Assembly (NCBI GenBank): GCA_951406725.2
Contig: OX597831.1
Location: 25,420,001 to 25,484,000, forward strand
Reading direction: 5' to 3'
From: Octopus vulgaris
Lineage: Eukaryota
DNA length: 64,000 nucleotides
A program made the translations under genes and the position numbers. The notes under the pieces are model-generated. The model searched no databases and was not told the origin of the DNA. It saw nothing but the letters and a program-made list of their open reading frames with translations. Position 1 is the first letter of the stretch; each line of letters starts with the position of its first letter. Of this stretch, positions 11,290 to 24,627 are shown piece after piece.

Positions 11290-11932
11290 TACATTTCTCC
11301 CCAACGACATCTCAGTTTTCTCTAGAACTCTATCTAGCAATGTGGAACACCGCACATACCCAGTCCTCATGTTGCAGAAGATGTGAAAACTTCTTTTCTC
11401 TTCTCTTCTTGCTATGTACACCTGTTCCTTAGCTTCTGTCTTCTATTTTTCATGCAGTTAAGTATCTTTCTCTGCAGCTCCTTTTCCCTTTGGTCTTTTC
11501 AAACCTGATTCTCTCTTTAATGTCACTGCAATGTCTACGATATCATTCCACTACTATAGCCTCTTACATTTAGCTAGGATCTTACACCAGTTTCAGTTCT
11601 GGTTTGTAGCTCCTAGTAGACTGTCCCATAAAACCTGTTCTGTTTCCCCTTCTCTACAGTCATCAACCTCAGTTAATACTTTTATAAATCTTTAACCAAC
11701 AGAAAGCACCTTCAGCATCCGGGTCTTTCGCCTCCAAACTGTCTTCTGTCTCCAAGCCAGAATAGCCCTTATTTTAAAGTTACTAATTACTAATCTTAGA
11801 TGGGAGGTACATCCTTAACCTGAGAAGGACTTGCGATTTTCAGTAATCCACTTATCAATTTTCTGGTGAGAATATAATCTTGCTCGGTTTGTGTGCTCAC
11901 CTGACAAAGGGATTAGAAGGTGGCGGTTTCCT
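11290..11932 (-). mobile_element. Decayed RTE-clade LINE fragment (end of APE endonuclease and linker)
   Basis: Frameshifted minus-strand translation gives SGEHT..DYILTRK..RLVISNFKIRA..WNDIVD..EQVYIARRE..VFHIAR..DVVGEKC, matching RTE endonuclease/linker motifs. Confidence 0.75.
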
Positions 11933-12185
11933 AAAGTTTATGTTGCAGATCTTGAAGCCATTTGCACCACATCAGCATCGTCATCATCAATACTACCACC
12001 CAACCCTTCATTAACATCACCATCAACACCACGATCACCATCACCACCATCATAATCATAATCCTCTTCAGTATCAACTCTCTAACATCATCATCATCAC
12101 CACCATTGTTGTTATTATCAATGGTATCATCTAACTTTCCACCTTTCAAAATTACTGGCCTCATATGTAAATTATAAACGATCAC

Positions 12186-12344
12186 CTGACCCAATTTTAT
12201 GCAAATGCCCTACGCAGATTGTAACCTATCTTTGTAACATCCTTATCATCTGATGCCTCTGTGGTATTATTATTATTATTATTATCATTATTATTATTAT
12301 TATTATTATCATTATTATTATTATTATTATTATTATCATTATAA

Positions 12345-12378
<34 letters not shown>

Positions 12379-12663
12379 CATTATATTTTCTTATTTCACC
12401 TCATGAACCTAATTGTCAAAACAGCGATGCTGTATAATTGTTCCTTTGAAGGTTACTATAGCAACCTGATGCAACACGCATCATCAGGAAGACAAGGTTC
12501 TTGTCATGGAAATTGTAAACAATGGGAGCCAAATCTTTGGTAGTTGTTATGGTGGCATTAGAAGAACAGTTGTGGGTGGCATATTTTACGTGCATGCATG
12601 TGTGTGTGTGTGAAGAATGAAGGCTGCATGGTATGGGGTGTGGTCTATTTGGGGTTGGGTTAG
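12186..12663 (+). ncRNA. Putative multi-branched RNA structure
   Basis: Outer 14-bp stem 12186-12199/12650-12663; inner 17-bp stem 12427-12443/12564-12582; five contiguous hairpins inside; many G-U pairs on +. Confidence 0.5.
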
Positions 12664-12806
12664 CAATTTTGTGGGTATGATTCCAAACTGTTCATTTGGA
12701 TGACAGTATATACATATATATATATATATGTATATATATATATGTACATATATATATATATGTATATACTGTCATCCAAATGAACAGTTTGGAATCATAC
12801 CCACAA

Positions 12807-13024
12807 GATATTCAAAATGTGACCGCGTGTGTACCGTTGGCGATTTTTTTTTCCTCTGTCTTCCCTTCTCTGGAACTTTCCTTCTCCTATGTTTCCGACG
12901 AAGAGCTCCGCTCGAAACGTTAAGCTCTCCTTCTTTCCTTCTTTCCTAAGCGTCCAATAATACTATATTTGTTCCACATCCTTACGTTGCTGTGTTATTT
13001 TGTGCTTTCATGTTTGGATTAACT
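12807..13024 (+). mobile_element. Short Penelope-type element with minimal hammerhead motif
   Basis: ttt CCGACGA a gagc tcc gctc GAAA cg TT aag at 12892-12924; homologous to 55535-55760; ends in (TA)n. Confidence 0.65.
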
Positions 13025-13191
13025 ATATATATATATATAATTGTATGGTATGACCATGTGGGTTCATGAAAGAGAGATAGAGAGATAGAGACAGGCAAAT
13101 AGAGAGAGATAGAGACAGGCAAATAGAGAGAGACAAAGACAGGGGCAAGAGAAGTTTTGTATGTATTGTAAACACAATATGTATGTATATA

Positions 13192-13255
<64 letters not shown>

Positions 13256-13707
13256 GGTAAGATCTGATTGAGGTGAAAGTGTGTGTGTGTATATATATAT
13301 GTATATATATATACATGCACACACACACATATATTTATATATATATATGTTTGTATACACATATAAGTTGTTTGAGCATGTATATTACATGCAGTTTGAA
13401 TGTTTACAGACAAATTCATGTGCTTTGGGACAGCAAACAACAGAACCCTTTTGTGGCTACTCAACCTCTAGAAATAGCGGCCATACACACACACACAAAT
13501 ATTTATGTATGTACTTACGTATGTGTATATAATGTCTCCATCTCCTTAATTCTTACCTGGCCCCTTAACTCACATTGCTTATTCAGAACAATTCCAATCA
13601 CTACTATTACAACCACAACGGGTCACTTTTAGGTCACTTTACCATTTAAGAGGATTCCACCAACATGCTGCTACTGTCATAGCACTACTGCATTTTCATC
13701 ATTCTTT

Positions 13708-13811
13708 TCTTCTTCTTCTTCTTCTTCTTCTTCTTCTTCTTCTTCTTCTTCTTCTTCTTCTTCTTCTTCTTCTTCTTCTTCTTCTTCTTCTTCTTCTTCT
13801 TCTTCTTCTTC
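13708..13811 (+). repeat. (TTC)n microsatellite
   Basis: Pure trinucleotide run of about 34 units. Confidence 0.95.
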
Positions 13812-14130
13812 TACTACAATAATTCATATCAAACTACTACAAGCTGCTGCTAACTACCTAGAACCCACAAGAGTTAAAAAGAGAGACAGAGACAGACAGA
13901 AAAACAGAAAATGTCCTTTGCATTTGAAAACTATGGAAATATATTTTTTTTTAATTTCATTTAATTTTTCCACTATTTAATTATTTTTCATGCTTTACTC
14001 TAAGTTGAAAAAGTCACAAAGGCTGAAACCGGTACTAAAATGTCCTTCATGATAAAATTTTTTAGCATTTTCTACTTTGTCTTATTTTCCTTATACATAT
14101 CAACTCATGTGTTCCTTTTGAACCTTCTAC
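13812..14130 (+). mobile_element. Penelope-like 3' fragment with TTGAAAA-variant hammerhead
   Basis: ag TTGAAAA agtc acaaa ggct GAAA ccgg TA ct at 14003-14036; same family as 4425-4860. Confidence 0.5.
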
Positions 14131-14134
14131 ATAT

Positions 14135-14194
<60 letters not shown>

Positions 14195-14321
14195 GTGTGT
14201 GTGTGTGTATACATATACATATATACATATACATACATACACACACATATATATATATATACATATATGTGTGTGTGTGTGTATATACATATACATATAC
14301 ATATATACATACATACATATA

Positions 14322-14389
<68 letters not shown>

Positions 14390-14841
14390 TATACATATGA
14401 GAGCACAGCTGTTGTAATTGCACTCACAGATGTGATCAAACAGATGTGGATGCCTTAAAGTCCATTAGAATGATCAAAAAAATACTTTGTATGAAAGCGA
14501 ACCATTAACATAAGGATAATTAATGCAATGATAATTAGAGCTGGACCACTAAAGTACAAATTAAATGTTCTTCTAAGGTGATTGAACGACATTTATGCGA
14601 CACACAAATGCACACGCACCCACATACGCACACATACATACCTACACACAAACTCACCCACGTATCACAATGATTTTATTGACAGAAACCCCCAAATTTT
14701 GCTGGGTATGTGGCTTAGAAAACTTGCATAAAATCATTATTATTGATATATATTTCTGTGCATGGTTATATGCATGTGTATATATATCCATTTTTCTAAG
14801 TACATGTCTTTATGTTACAAATCAGTGCTATTCTAGCTTTC

Positions 14842-14843
<2 letters not shown>

Positions 14844-14875
<32 letters not shown>

Positions 14876-15027
14876 TAATAATAATTGTGTACAGTGCTCA
14901 GGTGCACTACAACTCATCTAAAGTGTATATATAATCAGGTGTAGTTTCGGTGGATTTCGGAAAGCATGAGGGCCTTAAAGGATGCAGTGTCATGGCAGTC
15001 AACAACTGATGCAGGCAGTTTATTCCA
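14844..15027 (-). mobile_element. CR1-like LINE 3' end
   Basis: Minus strand WNKLPASVVDCHDTASFKALM..* followed by a short UTR and (TTA)n tail. Confidence 0.8.
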
Positions 15028-15072
15028 ATGTTATTCCAGTTAAGTCCAATGTTAGCTAGGTGTGACCTAACT

Positions 15073-15352
15073 CAGTGGTTCCCAAAGTGGGTGATATCAC
15101 CCTCCCTCCTCTGGGGTGGTAGAAAGTTCCAAGAGGGCGTTGAAGAAAAGTGGGCCCGTAATGGAGTAGCAATTCATGTAAAAACAACTAAATAATGGGT
15201 TCATTAGGTTAAGTTTTATTTCTGAAGCACAGTTGCTTTGAATTTGCTTCAGAAAGAGATCTATGCTTATGATGGTTAGTTTGAGTGGGGACGCTAGGAA
15301 TGTGACCAGGGTGTCAAGGGGGTGGCAGCCTGAAAAAGTTTGAGAACCACTG
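15073..15352. mobile_element. hAT (Charlie-like) MITE, 280 bp
   Basis: TIRs cagtggttcccaaa / tttgagaaccactg with perfect 8-bp TSD acctaact (15065-15072 and 15353-15360). Confidence 0.9.
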
Positions 15353-15492
15353 ACCTAACTGATCTAGTTACAAACCCACAAATTCTCACCTCTAATGGAA
15401 GCACTATTGACTTCCAATCTTGAACCTGACAGGACTCCCTAAGTGCTTCATAGTTTAGTCTCTCCCTTTCATCTGCTATGTATAGTATATTT

Positions 15493-15724
15493 ATTTCTTT
15501 ATTACCCGCAGGGGGTTAAACATAGAGGAAACAAACAAGGACAGACGAAGGGATTAAGTTGATTACATCAACCCAAGTGCATAATTGGTATTTATTTAAT
15601 CGATCCCGACAGAATGAAAGGCAAAGTCGACCTCAGCAGAATTTGAACTCAGAACATAGCGGCAGACGAAATACCGCTAAGCATTTCACCCAGCGTGCTA
15701 ACGTTTCTGCCAGCTCGCCACCTT
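15493..15724 (-). mobile_element. Family A SINE
   Basis: Reverse copy of the family A consensus. Confidence 0.85.
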
Positions 15725-17073
15725 AATGATAAATTCAATGAGAAAAATGATGTTAATGTTTGCTAATACATGTGATATACAGTGCTCATTACATGTAATA
15801 GAGAATATGTTTTATGTGATGACAAAGGACCAAGATGCCAGGTGCCTTGCTGTACCCAAGAAGACCCGTACTCCACAGCAGAAGTGTTAAGACTGGTCCC
15901 TCTGGTGGTGAATAGCACTCATGGCAGTGCACGGTAAAGCATCGAGATGGTGCCACGTAAAAACGCCTGTCCAGTGCCCATAAAAGCACCCAGCTTTACT
16001 CTGTAAAGTGGTTGGTGTTAAGAAGGGCATCCAGCCATAGAAACCATGCCAAATCAGACTGGTGACTGGTGCATCTGCCCAGCTTGCCAGCTCTGGTCAA
16101 ACTGTCTAACCCATGCCAGCATGCACAATGGATGTTAAATGATGATGATGATGATGATGATGATTCACTTTGTTGCTAATCAACAAAATATGTCCCCTCA
16201 GGCTTCATCTTTTTGTCCCTTAAATGATCGTATATGTTGAGAAACCTTGCAAAGTGGCAGAATGGGTCCTCATCTTTGAAAAAGCACTATACCTATCGAT
16301 AGAAAACCAAACAAAGATCCTTCCTGAATCCTATAGACTCATAGAGCTGGTTTCCTGGTTTCCGTGGTGCACATATTCTCTCTGGATGGGATACTGATCC
16401 ATTGAAGGATCAGTGCATTGTGGCTGAGTGCACTGAAGCAACATAAAATGAAATGTTTTGCACAAGAAAACAACACATCACCTGGCCCAGAAATCGAAAC
16501 CACAAAAAGCTAATCCATCCCGGAGCTCTGTCTTGTTAGTGTATATGTAGGGAATAGCAAATGGCTTTCTCTCAAACATGTTATACTTAAGACATGACTT
16601 TGTTATAGTTTAAACTTATTTAATTATGAATATTCATATTCATTTGTTCATGTTTAGCTTGGAATAATATCATTCTTGAGTGCATCAACACTTCAAAAAT
16701 TTCCCAGCTGTATCTTTGTGTGTGTGTGTGTGTGTGTGTGTGTATTAAGTAGTACAGTTATGGACTTTAAGTTTCTGTGTCAGCATTTTGATATTTGATG
16801 GCCATCTTCAGCTGTTACAAGATTGCCACACAAGTCACCTTCAGTTACACAATCACAAAAACCAAATAAACCAGTGTAATCCACATTACAACATACTCTG
16901 TCCTTGCAACAGTTAAAGACAAGCAACAATCATTTATTTGTTGAGATAAAGACTTAAAGTTCTGAATGTAAGCCTTCATACCTGTATCATATGATGAACA
17001 TTGTCCTCAACAACCAACAATACCGAGGCTTACCTTTTTTGTTGGTTAGTTCATATATATATATATGTGTGTG

Positions 17074-17346
17074 TAAATTGGAGAAAAACCACTATTATGT
17101 AATTCAAACAATGATAGACATAAACCAAATCATAAATAAAAAATAAAATATATTTAAAAATATATATAAAAGTACAAAAATGAATAAACAATATATAATA
17201 ACTATTACTTATTATATATTGTTTATTCATTTTTGTACCTTTTGTGATCTAGTTATATATTTTAAAATATATTTTATTTTTTCTACATAGTATTGTTTAC
17301 GTCTATCATCGTTTGAATTACATAATAGTGGTTTTTCTCTAATTTA
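17074..17346. repeat. AT-rich ~270-bp palindrome (fold-back)
   Basis: aaattggagaaaaaccactattatgtaattcaaac.. mirrored by ..gtttgaattacataatagtggtttttctctaattt; centre near 17205. Confidence 0.85.
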
Positions 17347-17428
17347 TATATATTATATATTTATATTGTGAAATTTAATTTAATACTAAATTGAATTTTT
17401 CCCTGTAAGTTTGGAGTTATACTCCCTA

Positions 17429-17499
<71 letters not shown>

Positions 17500-17501
<2 letters not shown>

Positions 17502-18036
17502 GGGTGGCCCAAAAGTATGTTTACAGTTGGCACTTTAAATTTCTTTTAAAACATTTTATCACATGTAAATTTCTATCTTAAAATTATATTGTTTATGCTC
17601 ATCTTAAACGGAAAATGTTTAATCTCTCAAATCCTCAAAATGTCCTCCTTCAGCATTGCAACATTCTTCATACCTCTTCAGAACACTCTGACACCATGTA
17701 CCACTCTTAGATGGAAAGGTTTTAAATTCAGCTTATGCATTGGGCTTGCAATGATGTTCTTGGTATGGATAGTTCTAGAGAAGCACATTGTGTGGACTTC
17801 TTTGGACTGGTCACAAATGTCATAGCCACTAACATCCCATTTTTTTCATCACAGAAGTCTTAGGGCATCTAGATTTTGTTAAAAATAAATCACACTTAGA
17901 AACTGAAAAGTGAGCTTGACGAAATTAACTAAATTAGCATATAATAATGGTTACATATTTTTTTATAATTAAGATCTAAACTGTTAATATATGAATGCGA
18001 AAGAGATAGTTGAATAAACCTACTTTTGACTTACAG
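17500..18036. mobile_element. Possible old Tc1/mariner-type non-autonomous element
   Basis: cagggtggcccaaaagtatgttta partly mirrored by taaacctacttttga near 18016-18030; degenerate. Confidence 0.35.
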
Positions 18037-18109
18037 TTATACATATATATATATATATATACACATACATACATACTCTGTGTAAGTTGGACCTATTAGA
18101 ATAAATATT

Positions 18110-18148
<39 letters not shown>

Positions 18149-18289
18149 GTATATATGCAAATATATTTATATATATACATATATATATATATACATATAT
18201 TTATATATACATATATATATTTATATGTATATGCATACATATTTATATATATACATAGATATATCTATATGTATATATTATGTATATAT

Positions 18290-18320
<31 letters not shown>

Positions 18321-18404
18321 CACAGCTATGTATATTTATATATACATCTATATATATATACATAGAGTGAGAAGTAAACAGTAGTAGCATAGAATCATGA
18401 AGTA

Positions 18405-18807
18405 TATTTACCACATAAAGGTGGCAGTCCCATGGGGGACAATGCAAGTGTTGCTTATAGCCCCAGGACGATATCTCCTCCAGCTGGCTAATGACACACT
18501 ATGTCTGATTAGTATTTGTGAATGGAAATCATTGTTCTTATCTCTAGCCTTACACAATACACACAAACCAGTCATCAGTGTGTGATAATCACCAGCTAGC
18601 AATGTGAATTTATTCCAAATGCAAAATATTATATGCTTTTCCCAGTGAAGCAGTCACTGATCCCGAAAAAGGAGAAACAAGCCCACCTGCTTGCAATTTT
18701 ATCAGATGCTGCTGTGCATCGTTAACCAGCTACAGGAGATATCCTCTTGGGGTTAAAAAATCGCAGTAGGGTCCACTTGAATGGGCAGCCATGTTAAAGT
18801 GGTTATG

Positions 18808-18811
<4 letters not shown>
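18405..18811 (+). ncRNA. Putative structured RNA element with 37-bp closing helix
   Basis: 18458-18494 pairs with 18719-18755 (30 WC, 3 G-U, 4 mismatches) and encloses many small hairpins. Confidence 0.55.
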
Positions 18812-18848
<37 letters not shown>

Positions 18849-18904
18849 TATATGTATGTATATATATCTGCATACTCTGACATACATAAATATCTATGTA
18901 ATGT

Positions 18905-19225
18905 GAAGATGCATGGCTTAATGGTTAGGTTATTCATCTTGTGATCATAAGATTGTGAGGTCAATTCCCAGTGGGGTGAAGTGTCCTTGAACAAGACACT
19001 TTATTTTATGCTACCCCAGTCCACGCAGCTGGTGGAAATGAGTAGTACCTGTATTTCAAAGGGCCAGCCTTGTCACATTCCATGTCATGTCGAATATCCT
19101 TGAGAACTATGATAAGTGAACACATGTCTATGGAGTCCTCAGCCACTCTCAAGTTAATTTCTCTAGTAGGTTGTTCCATTAATTGGCTTGACTGGAACTT
19201 TCATCATTGTTACTGACAGAGTGCT
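18905..19225 (+). mobile_element. Family C SINE (tail type 3)
   Basis: C head/core plus gggccagccttgtcacatt.. tail; copies at 31555-31875(-) and 34013-34885(+, split by mariner). Confidence 0.8.
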
Positions 19226-19253
19226 AATTTGTGTGAGTGTATACATACACACA

Positions 19254-19288
<35 letters not shown>

Positions 19289-19449
19289 ACACACACACAC
19301 ATGCAGGCATAACTGCACCATTATTAACTTATTATGTTTGTGGTGTCAAGTTCAGTCCCACAGCACAGCACTTTGTACCTGAATCTTCCACTACTTATTG
19401 GACAACCAAAAACCTTATGAATGGATTTGGTAGACAGAAACTGTAAGAA

Positions 19450-19687
19450 AAGGCGGCAAGCTGGCAGAACCGTTACCATGCTGGGCAAAATGCTTTGCGG
19501 TATTTCATCTGCCATTACGTTCTGAGTTCAAATTCCGCCGAGGTCGACTTCGCCCTTCATCCTTTTGGGATCGATAAATTCAGTACCTGTTATGCACTGG
19601 GGTCGATGTAATTGGCTTAATCCCTTTGTCTGTCCTTGTTTGCCTGTCCCCTCTATATTTAGCCCCTTGTGGGCAATAAAGAAATAA
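19450..19687 (+). mobile_element. Family A SINE nested in an old family B copy
   Basis: agaaactgtaa duplicated on both sides. Confidence 0.85.
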
Positions 19688-19746
19688 GAAACTGTAAAAA
19701 CCTCATTGCAAGTTTTTGTGTGTGTGGTGACGGAGTTTCGTGTCCA

Positions 19747-19902
19747 GTAAGTTCACTGTCATCAATTCACTGCAAGGAGAGTTAACCATCATCGATTCAC
19801 CTTTTTTACAATAAAATAATTTTTGACTATTAATGGTGAGATTCTTTGGATATACTTTCTCTGTAAACTTTCCTTGTGGTCAATTGATGGTGGTGAACTT
19901 AC
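19747..19902. mobile_element. MITE-like element with ~40-bp terminal inverted repeats
   Basis: gtaagttcactgtcatcaattcactgcaaggagagttaac versus gtaaactttccttgtggtcaattgatggtggtgaacttac; differences look like CpG decay. Confidence 0.65.
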
Positions 19903-21001
19903 CTGTAATCACGTGTGCATCTTGTTACTTTGACAATGTACGATAGTTGTAATTGAGCATTCCTGTTGCACAAGCAGTGTTGTTCATTTCTAACCTTCCA
20001 TGAAAAGCAGGTCTGGCCATTGGGAAGTATTAACCTTGATAGGAAACAGATGAGGGCTGGCAACAGGAAGGATGTAGAAAATCCACCTCAGCCGATTCTT
20101 TGTAGCCCATGCAAACATGGAAAAAAACAGATGTTAGTACGATGGATGATGATGATGATGATGATGATGATGGTGATGATATGTGCAAATGATTACACAT
20201 ATACATATGGATGTGTGTGTGTGTATGTGTGTACATGAATACATTAGTCTGTGTCTGTGAGTACACAAATTTGCCTTAAATTTTAGTACACACATACATA
20301 CACAAGACACACCTATATACATACTCAGAAAGAATTGCTGCCAAACAAACATGCATATACATTACACTCTTTATCTGCCTCCCTCCTACTTCTCTCTATC
20401 TCTCTCTCTCACACACACACACGTACATACACATGAATTAATACATATACATACACACAAGCCAACAAAGCAGGCTATCTCGTTGCCCTAGCCTACTAGA
20501 AATAGCTGCCAACTCCCACCTCAAATCACAACAATCTCAAACAAGGAAGAAAAAAAAATAGCCACATTGAATAGAATGAAGACCAAGATACCCTTAAATG
20601 ATTGGGTTGTAATGTCATGGCTGGATTGCTTTTGATCTACACCTGGAGCTAAAACACTGGCAATTTTCCAAGCCTGCAGATAGTCACAGGCACACTCAAT
20701 CAAAAATTCATACCAATGAATAATGATTACAAACTATACCCACATGTACACTTATGCACACAAACACACACAGATGTTCCTGCATACACACATAGTACTC
20801 ACACATGCATACATACATCCACACACACACACACTAACCTTGAAACTTACAACGAAATAAAATTTCCCTAAGATTACAGTAATTACACTAGTAAGTTCCT
20901 GTCTGTTCTCTCTGTTCTACTCTCTACGCATTTATCAATTCCTATATACCGATCTCTCACACCCTTTCTCTCTCCTCCCACACCCACATGCATACACACA
21001 C

Positions 21002-21032
<31 letters not shown>

Positions 21033-21080
21033 CATGTATATATACACATATATATAAACACACATATATATACACATATA

Positions 21081-21118
<38 letters not shown>

Positions 21119-21674
21119 ATACATATATATACATGCATATATATATATATATATATATATACATACATACATATATATATATACATACATACATATATAT
21201 ATATGTATGTATGTATATATATATATATGTATGTATGTATATATATATATATATATATACATACATACATATATATACATACATACATACATATATATAC
21301 ATACACATATATATATGTATGTATTTATACATACATATATATATATATATGTACTCATTCATATCTGCCTATTATTCTGTGTGTTTATATCTCTTGTAAA
21401 ATAAACTGATGCATGTATATGTGTACATGTATGTATCAGAAGCAGTTAAACAGTGAAATTCATGAGTTTGGATAAGTTTCTATATGGTGGGCAGAAAAGG
21501 AATCTGACATTTCAGAACTGACCCATCAACTCGCAGAAAAGAGATTTTTCAACTCTATACCGCTTTATCTATCCATCCATCCCTCCATCACTCCATCCAT
21601 CCATCCATCCATCCATCTCTTTGTCTATCTGATTGTCAGACTCCCCCCTTTCTCTCTCTCTCTCTTTTTCTCTG

Positions 21675-21714
<40 letters not shown>

Positions 21715-21735
21715 TCTTTATATATATATATACAT

Positions 21736-21849
<114 letters not shown>

Positions 21850-21882
21850 TTCTTAATATATATGTATACATATATAAATATA

Positions 21883-22701
21883 GGCGTGGCTTGTGTGGTA
21901 AGAAGCTTGCTTTTCAACAACATAGTTCCGGGTTCAGTCCCACTGCATGGCACCTTGGGCAAGTATCTTCTACTACAGCCTCGGGCTGGCCAGAGCCTTT
22001 TGAGTGGATTTGGTAGACAGAAACTGAAAGAAACTTATGGTATATATATATATGTGTGTGTATGCGTGTGTATGAGTTTGTGTGCCTGTCATCGCTTGAC
22101 AGCTGATGATGGTGTGTTTGCTTCTCTGTAACTCAGCAGTTCGGCAAAAAAAGACTGATAGAATATGTCCTAGGCTTACAAAGAATAAGTCCTGGAGTTG
22201 ATTTCTTCGGCTAAAAGTGTTGCTCCATCATGGCTCAAGTCAAGTGACTGAAGCAAGTAAAAGAATAAAAGAATATTTAATACTTTATTGGCAAAATCCA
22301 AGGAAGCTAAAACTCCGAACATGGAAGAAGTAGTTGTACAAAGTTTAACTTATTTCTGTCATTTGACTGTGGCCATGCTGGAGCATCGCCTTCAGTCAAG
22401 CAAATCAACAAGAGGACTTATCCTTTGTAAGTTACTGGGACATAAACACACCAGCATCAGTTGTCAGGCAATGTTGGCTGGGCGGGGAGGAGTGACACAG
22501 ACATACAAACATATACACACACATACATATATACATATGATTGGCTTCTTTTCAGTTTCCATCTAACAAATCCACTCATAAGGCTTTGGTCAGTCTGAGG
22601 CTATAGTCGAAGACATTTGCCCAAGGTGTCTCGCAGTAGGACTGAACCCGGAACCATGTGGTCAGTAAACAAGCTATTCACCACACAGCCACTCCTGCAC
22701 C
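21883..22701. mobile_element. Two family B SINEs tail-to-tail (21883-22272 +, 22350-22701 -)
   Basis: Both match the family B consensus in opposite orientation. Confidence 0.8.
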
Positions 22702-23044
22702 TATATATATATATAGTTGGTTGTGGTCAGATCAGCTGTAATGGTTCTATAATACTGTATATTTTGATAAACATATATATATACACACAAACATATATAT
22801 ATATATATGTACATATATACATATATACATATATATAAATACATTTGTTATATATGTGTGCGTGTAAATGTATATACACACATGCATATAAACATACTCA
22901 CATCCTATCTAAATGCAAACACATATGCACGTACACACACACATATATACACACAGATGGATATATATATATTGGTACACCAGTCTATTGTCGGTAGACA
23001 GCTCCTTCTAACCCCGACACTGATATGACTGTCCATTCACAGTT

Positions 23045-23114
<70 letters not shown>

Positions 23115-23269
23115 ACCCCCTCTCTCTCTCTCTTTCAATCTGTCTGTTTATTTATGTATGTATCTATCTATGTACCATCCTATCTACTTACCTACCTACC
23201 TACCTACCTACCTACCTATCAATCTACCAAACTATCTATCTATTCATCTATCTATCTATCTGTCTGTCT

Positions 23270-23541
<272 letters not shown>

Positions 23542-24044
23542 ACCTGACTGTCTGTCACCTCTGCATATCTTCCATAAATCTTCTCCTACACCAGTACAGC
23601 ACATACAGACACACACACACACACACACACATGTTATAAACACCACCACCCTCACACCCCTCCTTTTTCCGCTTGACTGTGTAAGTGGGTGGGAACTAAA
23701 TACCTTGATGCTGATGTTGTTGTTGTCCTTGTTTTTGTTGTTGTTGTTGTTGCATGAGTAATCTTCTCAGCTCATCCCACCTCACCCATCCCTACCCAGA
23801 CTCAGAACAGCTGTGAACATCATTTCATTGACACACATGTGTTTGTTTGTGTGCGTGTGTGTTGTGAATGGGAGTGTCTTACTCTATATGTATGTATATG
23901 AGTGTGTGTGTGTATGTTTGTATGTATGTATCTGTGTGTGTTTGTGTGTGTGTGTGTTATCCAGTTTGGTGACTTTTTCTACTGCTGTAATACTTGTTGA
24001 TGTTGTTGACCATCACTGTGTATGCCACAAGTACAAATCACACC

Positions 24045-24627
24045 AGGCGAGCTGGCAGAATCGTTAGTACGCCGGGCGAAATGCTTAGCGGTATTTCGTC
24101 TCCTGTTACGTTCTGTGTTCAAATTCCACCGAGGTCGACTCTGCCTGTCATCCTTTTGGGGTCGATAAATTAAGTACCAGTTGTGTTCAAATTCCACCGA
24201 GGTCGACTCTGCCTGTCATCCTTTTGGGGTCGATAAATTAAGTACCAGTTGTGTTCAAATTCCACCGAGATCGACTCTGCCTGTCATCCTTTCGGGGTCG
24301 ATAAATTAAGTACCAGTCATGCACTGGGGTTGATGTAATCGACTTAATCTGTTTACTGTCCTTGTTTGTCCCCTGTGTGTGTAGCACCTTGTGGGCAGTA
24401 AAGAAATATGAAATGTTAGCACGCCGGGCGAAATACTTCGCGGTATTTCATCTGCTGTTATGTTCTGAGTTCAAATTCGGCCCAGGTCAACTTTGCCTTT
24501 CATCCTTTCAGGGTCGATAAATTAGTTACCAGTAATGCACTGGGGTCAATGTAATCGTCTTAATCCCTTTGTCTGTCGTTGTTTCTCCCATCTGTGTCTA
24601 ACCCCTTGTGGGCAATAAATAAATAAG
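24045..24627 (+). mobile_element. Dimeric family A SINE with triplicated 68-bp core
   Basis: 68-bp unit at 24114-24181, 24182-24249 and 24250-24317; second monomer starts near 24410. Confidence 0.85.
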
